From an uncultured Holophaga sp. (lineage in GTDB: Bacteria; Acidobacteriota; Holophagae; Holophagales; Holophagaceae): DNA of 64,000 nt. Below, piece by piece: positions 17,743 through 27,004 of the stretch (position 1 is the stretch's first letter; each line of letters starts with the position of its first letter). The translations under genes and the position numbers were made by a program. Under the pieces are notes generated by a model. It ran no database searches, was not told where the DNA came from, and saw nothing but the letters and a program-made list of their open reading frames with translations. Where the stretch lies: assembly GCA_963664825.1 (NCBI GenBank), contig OY761614.1, positions 1,600,001 through 1,664,000 on the forward strand, in the 5' to 3' direction.

Positions 17743-19649
17743 TGGATTCAGCCCCCAAATCCCTCCTGCGTGTGGTCACAACGGGCAGCGTGGACGATGG
17801 TAAATCCACCCTCATCGGCCGTTTGCTCTTCGAGACCCGCGCGATATTCGAGGACCAGTTCGACGCCGTGCGCCGCACCAGCGAGCGGCGGGGGGATGTG
17901 GAACCGGATCTGGCCCTTCTCCTGGACGGCCTCTCTGCCGAGCGGGAGCAGGGCATCACCATCGATGTGGCCCATCGCTACTTCGAGACTCCTGAGCGGA
18001 AGTTCATCCTGGCCGATTGCCCCGGCCACGTGCAGTACACGCGCAACATGGTGACCGGCGCCTCCACCGCCGATTGCGCCATCATCCTCATCGATGCCCG
18101 CAACGGGGTCCTCACCCAGAGCCGCCGCCACGGATTCCTGGTGTCGCTATTGCGGGTGCCCCACCTGGTGGTGGCCGTCAACAAGATGGACCTGGTGGAA
18201 TACGACGCCTCCGTCTTCGAGGGGATCGCCCGGGATTACCGGGCCTTCGCCGAAAAACTGGATATCGGTGAGATCACCTTCATCCCCGTCTCTGCCCTCA
18301 AGGGCGATAACGTCACAACGCCTAGCGCACGCATGCCCTGGTACGAAGGTCCCACCATGCTCCAGTTCCTGGAGCGGGTTTCCCCCGTGCAGCACCGGAA
18401 CCTCATCGATTTCCGCTTTCCCATTCAGCTGGTGCTGCGCCCCCACCAGGATTTCCGGGGCTACAGTGGCCGGGTGGCCTCCGGCACCATCCGTCCCGGA
18501 GAGGAAGTGGTGGTCCTGCCTTCGGGGCGCAGTACCCGGATCCGAGAGGTGCTGGGGCCCGATGGGCCGCTGGATGAGGGTTTCGCGGGCCAATCCCTGG
18601 TGCTTACCCTGGAGGATGAACTCGACGTGAGTCGGGGGGATATGCTCGTCCGGCGCCTCAACCTCCCCCAGGTGGGGCATCGGATCCAGGCGACCCTCTG
18701 CTGGATGGACGGGGATCCCCTGGATCTTCAGACCCAGTACTTCCTCAAGCACACCACCCGCACTGTGCGCGCCACCATTGGGAGCTTGCACTACGCCATC
18801 GATGTGGACACGCTCCATCGCCAGAGCGCATCCACCCTGGCCCTCAACGAGATCGGAAGGGTGGAGATCCTCACGGCCTACCCCCTCTTCTTCGATCCCT
18901 ACACCCTGAACCGCGGCACAGGCAGCTTCATCCTGATCGATCCCCTCACGAACCGCACGGTGGCCGCCGGCATGATCCGGGGAGGGACCCAGGATCTGCG
19001 GGGCATTGCCGAGGTGCTTGAAGCGGCCCCCAAGGCCACCCATCTCCAGGAGAACGGCTGGACCATCTCCCGCACCGCCAGGGAAGCACGGAACGGCCAT
19101 TCGGCCGCCGTGCTCTGGTTCACGGGCCTCTCCGGCGCCGGGAAGACCACACTGGCCCGGGCCCTCGAAGCGCGGCTGCACGGCCTCGGATGCCAGACCA
19201 TGCTCCTGGACGGCGATCATGTGCGCCACGGGCTCTGCAAGGACCTTGGGTTTTCCCGGGAGGAACGCAGCGAGAATATCCGGCGCGTGGGGGAAGTGGC
19301 GCGGCTCTTCTTCGATGTGGGCCATTTGGTGCTCTGCACCTTCATCAGCCCCTTCGCGGAGGACCGGGAGCGGGCCCGGCACCTCATCCCCGAGGGACGC
19401 TTCCTGGAAATCCACGTTTCGGCGGGTCTGGAGACCTGCCGTCAGCGGGATCCCAATGGCCTCTACGGGAAGGCCATGAGGGGCGAAATCCTCGATTTCA
19501 CGGGCATCTCCTCGCCATACGAGGCGCCCAAGGCCCCCGATCTGGTCCTGGACACCGAATGTCGGGCGGCGGAGGAACTGGTGGAGGAGCTGCTGGAGGC
19601 ACTGGGAAAGCGGGGCCTGCTCAGCCCACCGAGTATCCCAGCTCCCTGA
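17742..19649 (+). CDS. cysNC: Bifunctional sulfate adenylyltransferase subunit 1 / APS kinase (CysN-CysC, NodQ-type)
   Basis: GSVDDGKST, EREQGITID, DCPGH, NKMD; C-terminal WFTGLSGAGKTT, LDGD..RHGL, ENIRRV, FTGISSPYE. Confidence 0.95.
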   Translation: MDSAPKSLLRVVTTGSVDDGKSTLIGRLLFETRAIFEDQFDAVRRTSERRGDVEPDLALLLDGLSAEREQGITIDVAHRYFETPERKFILADCPGHVQYTRNMVTGASTADCAIILIDARNGVLTQSRRHGFLVSLLRVPHLVVAVNKMDLVEYDASVFEGIARDYRAFAEKLDIGEITFIPVSALKGDNVTTPSARMPWYEGPTMLQFLERVSPVQHRNLIDFRFPIQLVLRPHQDFRGYSGRVASGTIRPGEEVVVLPSGRSTRIREVLGPDGPLDEGFAGQSLVLTLEDELDVSRGDMLVRRLNLPQVGHRIQATLCWMDGDPLDLQTQYFLKHTTRTVRATIGSLHYAIDVDTLHRQSASTLALNEIGRVEILTAYPLFFDPYTLNRGTGSFILIDPLTNRTVAAGMIRGGTQDLRGIAEVLEAAPKATHLQENGWTISRTAREARNGHSAAVLWFTGLSGAGKTTLARALEARLHGLGCQTMLLDGDHVRHGLCKDLGFSREERSENIRRVGEVARLFFDVGHLVLCTFISPFAEDRERARHLIPEGRFLEIHVSAGLETCRQRDPNGLYGKAMRGEILDFTGISSPYEAPKAPDLVLDTECRAAEELVEELLEALGKRGLLSPPSIPAP

Positions 19650-20463
19650 GGGTTCCTCCGGCGAGGGCTTCGAAGCGCCGGATCTGGGCAGGGGTCAGCT
19701 GTTGCTTCCATTCGTAGGGATCGCCCTTGCGGAAGAAGGAGGCCTTGTCCTCTTCCCCCGCCTTGCGGCCCTGGCTGAGCTTCTCGAAGGAGGCCGCCTC
19801 CACACAGGCCTGAATGGTCTCCGGGGAGGCCTCGGCCCCCAGGAATTCCAGGATCTGCTTCATCCAGACCGTTGGCTCAGCCACCAGGTCCTCGTAGCGC
19901 ACTTCGAAGTAGCGCTTTCCCAGAGGCAGCGCGGCCTTCCGGGCCGCCTGCACCCGCTCGGCCCATTCCTTGGCCGTGATGGCCAGGAAGTCGTCGAAGC
20001 CCAGGCGCTTCAGGTTCTCGTCCTGGGCCCGCACATTGTGATGCCAGGCGGAGATGAAGACCCCGCGCCCATCCCGGATGATGTGGATGAACTTGGCCTC
20101 GGGGAAGAGGCGATCGAGGTTGGGGAAATGCACCGCATGCTCGGGATCCTTCTCCCCCACGAAGCGCAGCCCAGGCTTGTTGGGATCGGCGATGGCCTGC
20201 AGGCGCAGCAGGATGAAGGTGCGGATCAGCGTCAGCACATCGCTCCACTTCATGTCCGGGAAATCGTTGCTATCGGTCACCACCTGCCTGCGGCGCGCCA
20301 GCAGGGCCCGGTATTCCTGGACGGTCTTCACCAGCCCCAGGGCGAAGTGGTGCACGCAGGCCTCGCCCCGGCAGTTGATCTCCGGGTGGGCATCCAGCAG
20401 TTTGCCCAGCCAGGTGGTGCCTGATTTCGGGGCTCCGGTCAGGAAAAATGGTTCGAAGGCCAT
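19621..20463 (-). CDS. PAPS-dependent sulfotransferase
   Basis: 5'-PSB loop GAPKSGTTWL, 3'-PB motif IIRDGRGVFIS, RYEDL, FFRKG. Confidence 0.9.
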   Translation of the reverse strand: MAFEPFFLTGAPKSGTTWLGKLLDAHPEINCRGEACVHHFALGLVKTVQEYRALLARRRQVVTDSNDFPDMKWSDVLTLIRTFILLRLQAIADPNKPGLRFVGEKDPEHAVHFPNLDRLFPEAKFIHIIRDGRGVFISAWHHNVRAQDENLKRLGFDDFLAITAKEWAERVQAARKAALPLGKRYFEVRYEDLVAEPTVWMKQILEFLGAEASPETIQACVEAASFEKLSQGRKAGEEDKASFFRKGDPYEWKQQLTPAQIRRFEALAGGTLRELGYSVG

Positions 20464-20549
20464 GAGCAACGCTCCCACGGAGGAGGGCCGGGGACAAGGG
20501 CAAGGTGGGCCCCGAGGACGCCTTGCTTCCCCGGGCCTGTTCATGGGAA

Positions 20550-20738
20550 GCTGGGCTTTTCGTGCTGGATGCACGGGAAGCAGGTGCGAATCCTGCGCTG
20601 CCCCGCAACGGTGTGCGCCTCGTTTCAAGACTCGATCGAAACGGGAGACTTCGCCGGGACCACTGGAGCGCCGCTTCGGGAAGGTTCCCGGGAATCCTGA
20701 AAGGGATTCGTCGCGCGCGAGCCCGGAGACCGGTCTGG
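20550..20738 (+). ncRNA. Cobalamin (B12) riboswitch upstream of btuB
   Basis: GGGAAGCAGGTGCGAATCCTGCGCTGCCCCGCAACGGT…ACCACTG…GGGAAGG…GAGCCCGGAGACC; boundaries approximate. Confidence 0.92.
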
Positions 20739-20828
20739 CATTTTCCCAACCGCCGAGGGAGCGGACCAGGGGCTGGAACTCCGTTCTCGTCCTCCACTTC
20801 CTTTTGGCGCCATGCGTGGAGGCATGCG

Positions 20829-22775
20829 ATGGAAGTGCAGCGAATCACCCTCATTCTCGCCCTGGGGGTCACCCTGGGGGCCGGTGAACCCGAGGCTGGG
20901 GCACCCCCCAAGCCCAAGTCCGAGACGGAGGCCACCGTTACTGTCACGGCGGAGGCCGCCAGCGTGGAGGTGGCCAAGACGCCGAATCCCGTCACCATCG
21001 TGACGGCGGAGGCCCTCCAGCGCCTGCCCTTCCGCACCCTCAGCGAGGTGCTCCAGGATATCTTCCCGGGCCAAGTGGCCCCCATGGGGGGTGTGGGCAG
21101 CCAGGCCTCCCTCTACCTCGGAGGCAGCCGTAGCGGCGACACGGTGGTGCTCCTGGACGGCCTGCGCATCTCGGACGCCTCGGGTCTGGGGCTGGACCTG
21201 AGCCAGATGGACATGTCCTCCGTGGACCGCTTAGAGGTGATCTCCGGGCCCTCCTCCTCCCTCTACGGATCCGACGCCCACGGCGGCGTGGTGGCCCTGT
21301 GCAGCCCGGGCAGCGCGCCGGAGGGCTTCAGCGGCAGCCTTGCGGGCCTGCTGGGCACCCGGGGGCGTGCCCAGGGGAACCTTGCTCCCGCATACGGCTG
21401 GAAGGGCGGCTGGGTGCGGGCCAGCCTGCGGGTGGAGGAGGAGGACCAGGCCATCAAGACCGACGAGCCCTTCCGCCAGAGCGCCGTCTTCGTGGGGCTC
21501 GGGCAGGCCCTCGGGGAGGACCACCTCCTCACCGCCACCTACCGCAACCACTGGCAGGGCACGCCCCTGCCCTGGGGCTGGGACTACAACAGCTGGCCGA
21601 TGGCGCGCACCTTCGATGCTAAACGCGAAGCCACCCTGCGCCAGGAGGTGGCCATCCTGAGCCTGCACTCCCAGTGGCGCCCGGATCTCCTGAGCGAAGT
21701 GGCCGCAGGCCGCGTGAACTATGACCGTCACTACTCGGATACGGGCTGGCAGGCCCACAGCCAGCGCGACCAGGCCTCCGCCACGGTCTCCTTCCGCCCG
21801 ATGGGATGGGGGGCGAGCCTCCTGCTGGACGGCAGCGAGGAGCATTACTGGGAGGCCAACCCGGACAAGAAGGCCATCGGACGCCACCTGGCCACGGCCC
21901 TGGAGCTCTCCGTCGAGCCCCTTTCCTGGCTGCGCCTGGTGGGGAGCGCCCGCCAGCAGTGGGATCGCACGGACCGGGAGGCAGACGGGTTCAATCCCGC
22001 CATCCACCGGAACGAGGACCAGTACACCTGGAAGGGGGGCGCGAACGTCCTCCTTCCCCAGGGTTTCAGGGTCTACGCCAGTGCGGGCAGCAGCTTCAAC
22101 GCGCCCAGCCTCTATCAGATGGGTTACAACTCCAGCCTCGGCAAGGCCCTTCCCGAGAACGAGGAGAGCCGCTCCGTGAACCTGGGTGCCGACTGGGCCT
22201 CGGGTCCCTGGCGGGTGGCCCTGGAAGCCAACCGCATCCGCTATGACCGGGTCGTCGTCTGGACCGGCCTCTACCCCAACGGCTACTACGTCAACCAGAA
22301 GGATGTGCGCGTGCAGGGCCTGGAGCTCCGGGGAGGCTACAAGAGCGAGGCCTGGGGTCTGGAGGCCCGCCTGCGCAACCAGGAGGGCCGGGATCTCTCC
22401 CTGCCCGAGGCCCAGCAGCTCAGCACCTTTTCCAGCCGTCCCTTCACTTCCGGAGGCGTGAACGGCTGGGTCTCGTTCGGGAAGTGGCGCATGGACGCCA
22501 GGACCAGCTACGTGGGGCATCGCTACGCCTACAGTGACGACGCGGGTGGCGTGTCCCCCGTGAAGAAGAGCTTCACGGACCTGGGGGCCTCCCTGCAGTA
22601 CCGGGTGTTGCGCGACCTGGACCTCACGCTGCGGGCCGAGCACCTTCTCACGGCCCCCGTCTCCCGATCCGAATGGCTGGCCCGGGAGGACCTGGACCGC
22701 TCCAACGCTTCCCTGATGCCGGGTTATCCTGCCCAGCCCCGGGCGGTTTCTCTCGAAGCGCGCTACCGTTTCTAG
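20829..22775 (+). CDS. btuB: TonB-dependent receptor, probable cobalamin receptor
   Basis: TonB-box-like ATVTVTA, plug motifs VLLDG and EVISGPSSSLYGSDA.GG, terminal aromatic YRF; lies behind a B12 riboswitch. Confidence 0.85.
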   Translation: MEVQRITLILALGVTLGAGEPEAGAPPKPKSETEATVTVTAEAASVEVAKTPNPVTIVTAEALQRLPFRTLSEVLQDIFPGQVAPMGGVGSQASLYLGGSRSGDTVVLLDGLRISDASGLGLDLSQMDMSSVDRLEVISGPSSSLYGSDAHGGVVALCSPGSAPEGFSGSLAGLLGTRGRAQGNLAPAYGWKGGWVRASLRVEEEDQAIKTDEPFRQSAVFVGLGQALGEDHLLTATYRNHWQGTPLPWGWDYNSWPMARTFDAKREATLRQEVAILSLHSQWRPDLLSEVAAGRVNYDRHYSDTGWQAHSQRDQASATVSFRPMGWGASLLLDGSEEHYWEANPDKKAIGRHLATALELSVEPLSWLRLVGSARQQWDRTDREADGFNPAIHRNEDQYTWKGGANVLLPQGFRVYASAGSSFNAPSLYQMGYNSSLGKALPENEESRSVNLGADWASGPWRVALEANRIRYDRVVVWTGLYPNGYYVNQKDVRVQGLELRGGYKSEAWGLEARLRNQEGRDLSLPEAQQLSTFSSRPFTSGGVNGWVSFGKWRMDARTSYVGHRYAYSDDAGGVSPVKKSFTDLGASLQYRVLRDLDLTLRAEHLLTAPVSRSEWLAREDLDRSNASLMPGYPAQPRAVSLEARYRF

Positions 22776-22776
22776 G

Positions 22777-23610
22777 ATGAAGACGTTTCACTGCCTCCTC
22801 GCCTTTGTGGCGGCTGCTTCCCTCTGGGCGGCGCCGCCCCGGCGGGTGGTGTCCCAGGCCGTGGGCACGGACGATCTGCTCTTGGCCCTGGCGGAGCCCG
22901 GACAGATCGCGGCCCTCTCCAGCCTCGGCCAGGACGAGCGCTATGCCCCGGCCTTCCTGGAGGCCAGGGGCTACCCGGCCCTGCGCAATTCCAGCGCCGA
23001 GGATATCCTGCGCTTTCGCCCCGATCTGGTGCTGGCCACCAGCTACTCCCCTCCGGAAAGCGTCGTTCTGCTGAAGCGGGCCGGTGTGAAGGTCTTCCTG
23101 GTGGAGCGCTTCGAGCGCCTGGAGGATGTCTACGCCTGCCTGCGCAGCCTGGGGAGGATCCTGGGGCGATCCCGACGGGCCGAGGAGCTCATCAATAACT
23201 GTCAGATGCGGGTGGCCGCCCTGGCCAAGCGCCTCCAGGGGGTGAAGCCCGTGCGGGTCCTGGCAGCCGGGGTCTACCCCTACGCTTCCGGGGCGGAGAC
23301 CTCCTTCCAGGATATCTGTGACCACGCAGGGGCCCTCAATGTGGCTGCCGAAGCGGGCCTGAAGGGCATCGTGCCCATGCCCGGGGAGAGGGCCCTGACC
23401 TGGAAGGCCGATGTGCTCATCGGTTCCCAGGACAAGGGCGAAAACCTGCGGGCCCAGTTGGCCGGACTCAGCCCCTACCGCTACATGCCCGCCCTCCGCC
23501 AGGGCCGGGTGGTGGTCCTGCCCGGCGCCCTCTTCGCCGCCACCAGTCACCGGCGCATCGAGGCCTACGAATGGGTGGCCCGGGCTCTCCATCCGGAGCG
23601 CTTCCGGTGA
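22777..23610 (+). CDS. btuF: Cobalamin ABC periplasmic binding protein
   Basis: Helical-backbone fold motifs (PRRVVS, EDILRFRPDLV); operon context. Confidence 0.78.
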   Translation: MKTFHCLLAFVAAASLWAAPPRRVVSQAVGTDDLLLALAEPGQIAALSSLGQDERYAPAFLEARGYPALRNSSAEDILRFRPDLVLATSYSPPESVVLLKRAGVKVFLVERFERLEDVYACLRSLGRILGRSRRAEELINNCQMRVAALAKRLQGVKPVRVLAAGVYPYASGAETSFQDICDHAGALNVAAEAGLKGIVPMPGERALTWKADVLIGSQDKGENLRAQLAGLSPYRYMPALRQGRVVVLPGALFAATSHRRIEAYEWVARALHPERFR

Positions 23611-24590
23611 AGGCCCGAACCGCCGGGCCCGTCCTGGTCTTTCTCGTCCTCACGGCCCTGGCCGCCCTGGCTTCGCTCGCCCTGGGGGACGCCCTCCTGC
23701 CTCCCCGGCAGCTCCTGGCCGCCCTCTGCGGTCGGGGGGATGACCTGGCGAGGACCGTACTCTGGGATATCAGAGTTCCCCGCACACTCGTGGGGCTGGC
23801 CGTGGGCGCGGGCCTGGGGGCCTCCGGCGCGGTCATGCAGGCCTTCTTCCGCAACCCACTGGCCAGCCCCGGCCTCCTGGGCGTCAGCAGCGGCGGCGCC
23901 CTGGGGGCCGTGGCGGCCATCACCCTCGGCAGCGGCGCCCTCAGCCTCTTCACGGTGCCGCTGGCATCGATCGCGGGCGCCTTCCTGGCCACTGGCGCCG
24001 TCATGCTCATGGCCCGGCGGGGCGCCTCCCCGGAGCATCTGCTCCTGGGGGGTGTTGCCCTGAACGCCCTCTTCGGCGCGGCCACCAGCTTCCTGGTGTT
24101 GATCTCCTCTACCAGCGTCCAGTCCAGCGGGCAGGTGATCTTCTGGCTCATGGGCGGCATCGAGAACCGCACCTGGGAACACGTCTGGATGGCGCTGCCC
24201 CTGATCCTGATCTCCTGCTTGGCTCTCCTGCCCCTGGGGCGTTCCATGAACCTCCTGGCCCTGGGCGAATCCGGCGCCCAGAGCCTGGGGGTGGATGTGC
24301 GGCGGCTCCGCTGGCAGCTGGTGGTGCTCTCCACAATCCTCACGGCCCTGGCCACGGCCGTGGGCGGCGTGGTGGGCTTTGTGGGCCTGGTGGTGCCCCA
24401 TCTCGTGCGGATGACCTTCGGCCCCGATCATCGCAGGCTGCTGCCCTTGTCCATGCTGGGCGGCGCCATCCTGGTGCTCGTCTGCGATCTGCCCACGCGC
24501 TTTCTGCCGGCAGGTGCGCGTTTGGGGGTCGTGACATCCCTGGTGGGAGGGCCCTTCCTGCTCTGGCTCCTGCGGAAGCGGCCATGCTGA
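23607..24590 (+). CDS. btuC: Cobalamin ABC permease (FecCD family)
   Basis: IRVPR, FRNPLASPGLLGVSSG, GESGAQSLGV, GFVGLVVPH. Confidence 0.85.
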   Translation: MKARTAGPVLVFLVLTALAALASLALGDALLPPRQLLAALCGRGDDLARTVLWDIRVPRTLVGLAVGAGLGASGAVMQAFFRNPLASPGLLGVSSGGALGAVAAITLGSGALSLFTVPLASIAGAFLATGAVMLMARRGASPEHLLLGGVALNALFGAATSFLVLISSTSVQSSGQVIFWLMGGIENRTWEHVWMALPLILISCLALLPLGRSMNLLALGESGAQSLGVDVRRLRWQLVVLSTILTALATAVGGVVGFVGLVVPHLVRMTFGPDHRRLLPLSMLGGAILVLVCDLPTRFLPAGARLGVVTSLVGGPFLLWLLRKRPC

Positions 24591-25294
24591 GCGCAACGGG
24601 ACTCACAGTGGACACGCGGCTGCTGGATATCCATCTGGAGGCCGGCCCCGGCGAGCACATCGCCATCCTGGGGCCCAATGGCGCCGGGAAATCCACCCTG
24701 CTCTCAGCCCTGGCGGGACTCCTCCCGGTGAGCGGACACGTGGCCTGGGAAGGACAGGAACTGTCCAGGATCCCCTTTCTTCAGCGGGGGCGCATGCTGG
24801 CCTGGCTGGGACAGGAGAGCCATGCGGAATTCGCCTTCTCCGTGCGGGATGTGGTGGCCCAGGGCCGCCACGCTTGGGGGGATGACGAGAGGGGGGCGGA
24901 GGAGGCCATGGCCCTTCTCGATATCACCCATCTGGCCACGCGGCCCATCACACAGCTCTCCGGAGGCGAGCGGCGCCGGGTCTTCCTGGCTCGGGCTCTG
25001 GCCACGGGAGCTCCTGTGCAGCTCTGGGACGAACCCGCCTCCAGCCTGGATGTGCGCCATGCCCTGGAGGTCTACGCCCTGGCACAGCGCTTGGCGGAGG
25101 GAGGTTCCACCCTCCTGGTGAGCCTCCACGATATCCGGGCCGCCTACCGCTTCAGCCGGGTGCTGGTCTTGGAGCGGGGCCGCCTGGTGGGGGATGGGCC
25201 CCCCCACGAAGTGCTCACCGCAGAGCTCATCCGGGATGTCTTTCGCGTGGAGGCCCGCTTCGTCACCTCCCTGGTGCCGGAACTGCCCCGCTGA
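24584..25294 (+). CDS. btuD: Cobalamin ABC ATPase
   Basis: GPNGAGKST, LSGGE, WDEP. Confidence 0.82.
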   Translation: MLSATGLTVDTRLLDIHLEAGPGEHIAILGPNGAGKSTLLSALAGLLPVSGHVAWEGQELSRIPFLQRGRMLAWLGQESHAEFAFSVRDVVAQGRHAWGDDERGAEEAMALLDITHLATRPITQLSGGERRRVFLARALATGAPVQLWDEPASSLDVRHALEVYALAQRLAEGGSTLLVSLHDIRAAYRFSRVLVLERGRLVGDGPPHEVLTAELIRDVFRVEARFVTSLVPELPR

Positions 25295-25351
25295 AGACCC
25301 ATGGCCTCGCCCTGTCGACGGGCTGGTGGATCCTCACCGTTTTCCCCAGTC

Positions 25352-25957
25352 TCACCTCTGGAACTGTCGGATGTAGGTGGCCACGCCTCCCAGCAGCATC
25401 TCCACCGAAATTGCCGTGAGGACCAGGCCCATGAGGCGCTCCAGCGCCGTGATGGCCTGCTTGCCCAGCATCTTCTGCAGGCGGGTGGAAACGGAAAATA
25501 CGATTGCCGTGACGAGCATGGAGAGGCTCAGGGCGCCGATCCATTCGAACATCCGTCCCGGCTCTCGGCTGGAGAGGAGCAGCACCGTGGCCATGGCCGA
25601 GGGGCCGGCGATCAGCGGGATGGCGATGGGCACGATGAAGGGTTCTCCCACGTTCTCGTCATCGCCCAGGCGCAGGCCATGTTCGGGGAAGATCATCCGG
25701 ATGGCGATGAGGAGCAGGATCACACCTCCGGCCACCCGCAGGGCCTCGTCCGTGAGATGGAGCACGGAGAGAAAATGCTTTCCGAACACCATGAAGAGCA
25801 GGAGCGCGGCAAAGGCGATCAGGACCTCCCGGCAGATAACCAAGCGCCGACGCTCCGGCCGGACCTGCTGGAGGGCGGAGATGAACAGGGGGATATTCCC
25901 CAGGGGATCGGTGATGAGGATCAGGAGGATGGTCGCGGAGAGGAAGGAGGTTTCCAT
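25352..25957 (-). CDS. MarC family integral membrane protein
   Basis: DPLGNIP, VPIAIPLIAGP, ERLMGL. Confidence 0.9.
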   Translation of the reverse strand: METSFLSATILLILITDPLGNIPLFISALQQVRPERRRLVICREVLIAFAALLLFMVFGKHFLSVLHLTDEALRVAGGVILLLIAIRMIFPEHGLRLGDDENVGEPFIVPIAIPLIAGPSAMATVLLLSSREPGRMFEWIGALSLSMLVTAIVFSVSTRLQKMLGKQAITALERLMGLVLTAISVEMLLGGVATYIRQFQR

Positions 25958-26000
25958 GCCCCCATCATGAGGCATCGCGCCGAGTCCCGGGTGATGGCCC

Positions 26001-26882
26001 TTACTTCACCTGGATCGAGACCATGCCGCCATTGGGGGCCAGGAGAGTGGCGTGGTCCTCGATGATCCCGGCCAGGGTGAAATCCTCCGTCACCCCTGTG
26101 GGGAGGAATTCGAGCGTCGATGCCGCAAAATCCATCCGGGCCAGCACCAGCCCCTTCTGATCCAAGCCTGCCACCGCGGAGGCTGGGAGGGCGCTGAAAG
26201 CCACGCTCTTGCCCCACCACCAGACCACAGGCCCCCGATCCCGTTCGCCCAGGGAAATGCGCGGCGGCATTCCGTCATGGTGGGTGAAGATCACCTGGCC
26301 CAGGAGGCTTCCCTTCTTGCCGTCCAGAACGGTGGCCAGTAGATCCTCCTTGCTGATCAAGACGAGATTGGATTCGTCGTTCCGGAGAATGCGGTGCAGC
26401 ACCCGGGAGGTGAGTTCCCCCTTCTTGGGTTTCTTCCCGAAGGTCCACACCACCGAGCCGCTCTTGATGTCCCTGCGCTCGACGAAGGGAGTGAGGGTGC
26501 GGTAGGAGATCGCGATGCCATTGGGGGGGAGGAAATCCGCATCCGCGACTTCCGCGGGCAGATTGGCGGTGTGCATGACTTGGCCTGTCTTGCTGATCTG
26601 CTTCAGGGTCGTCCCGGCCATGATCCAGATGTATTCATCATCGACGACCCAACGTTCGGGCACCATCTCGGCCTTGCGGAGGTCCACCCTGGCGGTGACT
26701 CCGCCATCCTTCATCCAGGTGACCAGCTGTTTGGTCGAGGGATCATAGAAGATCGCTGATCCCGTGGCATCGAAACGGGCCCATCCCTTGGCCAGTCTGC
26801 CGGCGTCCCAATCCTGGGCCCGGGCGACAACTCCAGGCAGCGTCACGGCGAGTATGGCGAATAGACCGATTCTGGTGAACAT
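26001..26882 (-). CDS. Hypothetical exported protein, beta-rich (possibly a beta-propeller)
   Basis: Signal peptide ending ARA-Q; repeated short beta strands with W/D/G turns. Confidence 0.65.
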   Translation of the reverse strand: MFTRIGLFAILAVTLPGVVARAQDWDAGRLAKGWARFDATGSAIFYDPSTKQLVTWMKDGGVTARVDLRKAEMVPERWVVDDEYIWIMAGTTLKQISKTGQVMHTANLPAEVADADFLPPNGIAISYRTLTPFVERRDIKSGSVVWTFGKKPKKGELTSRVLHRILRNDESNLVLISKEDLLATVLDGKKGSLLGQVIFTHHDGMPPRISLGERDRGPVVWWWGKSVAFSALPASAVAGLDQKGLVLARMDFAASTLEFLPTGVTEDFTLAGIIEDHATLLAPNGGMVSIQVK

Positions 26883-27004
26883 GGGCTCTCCTTGCGGACA
26901 AGGATGGAAGGTCAGCCGAGGGATGAGAAAAAGCGTATTAACCTGACTTTATACAATTGTCGACAGGTGGACAAGAAGGAATGAACCTTTTTTCTTTGAA
27001 AAGC

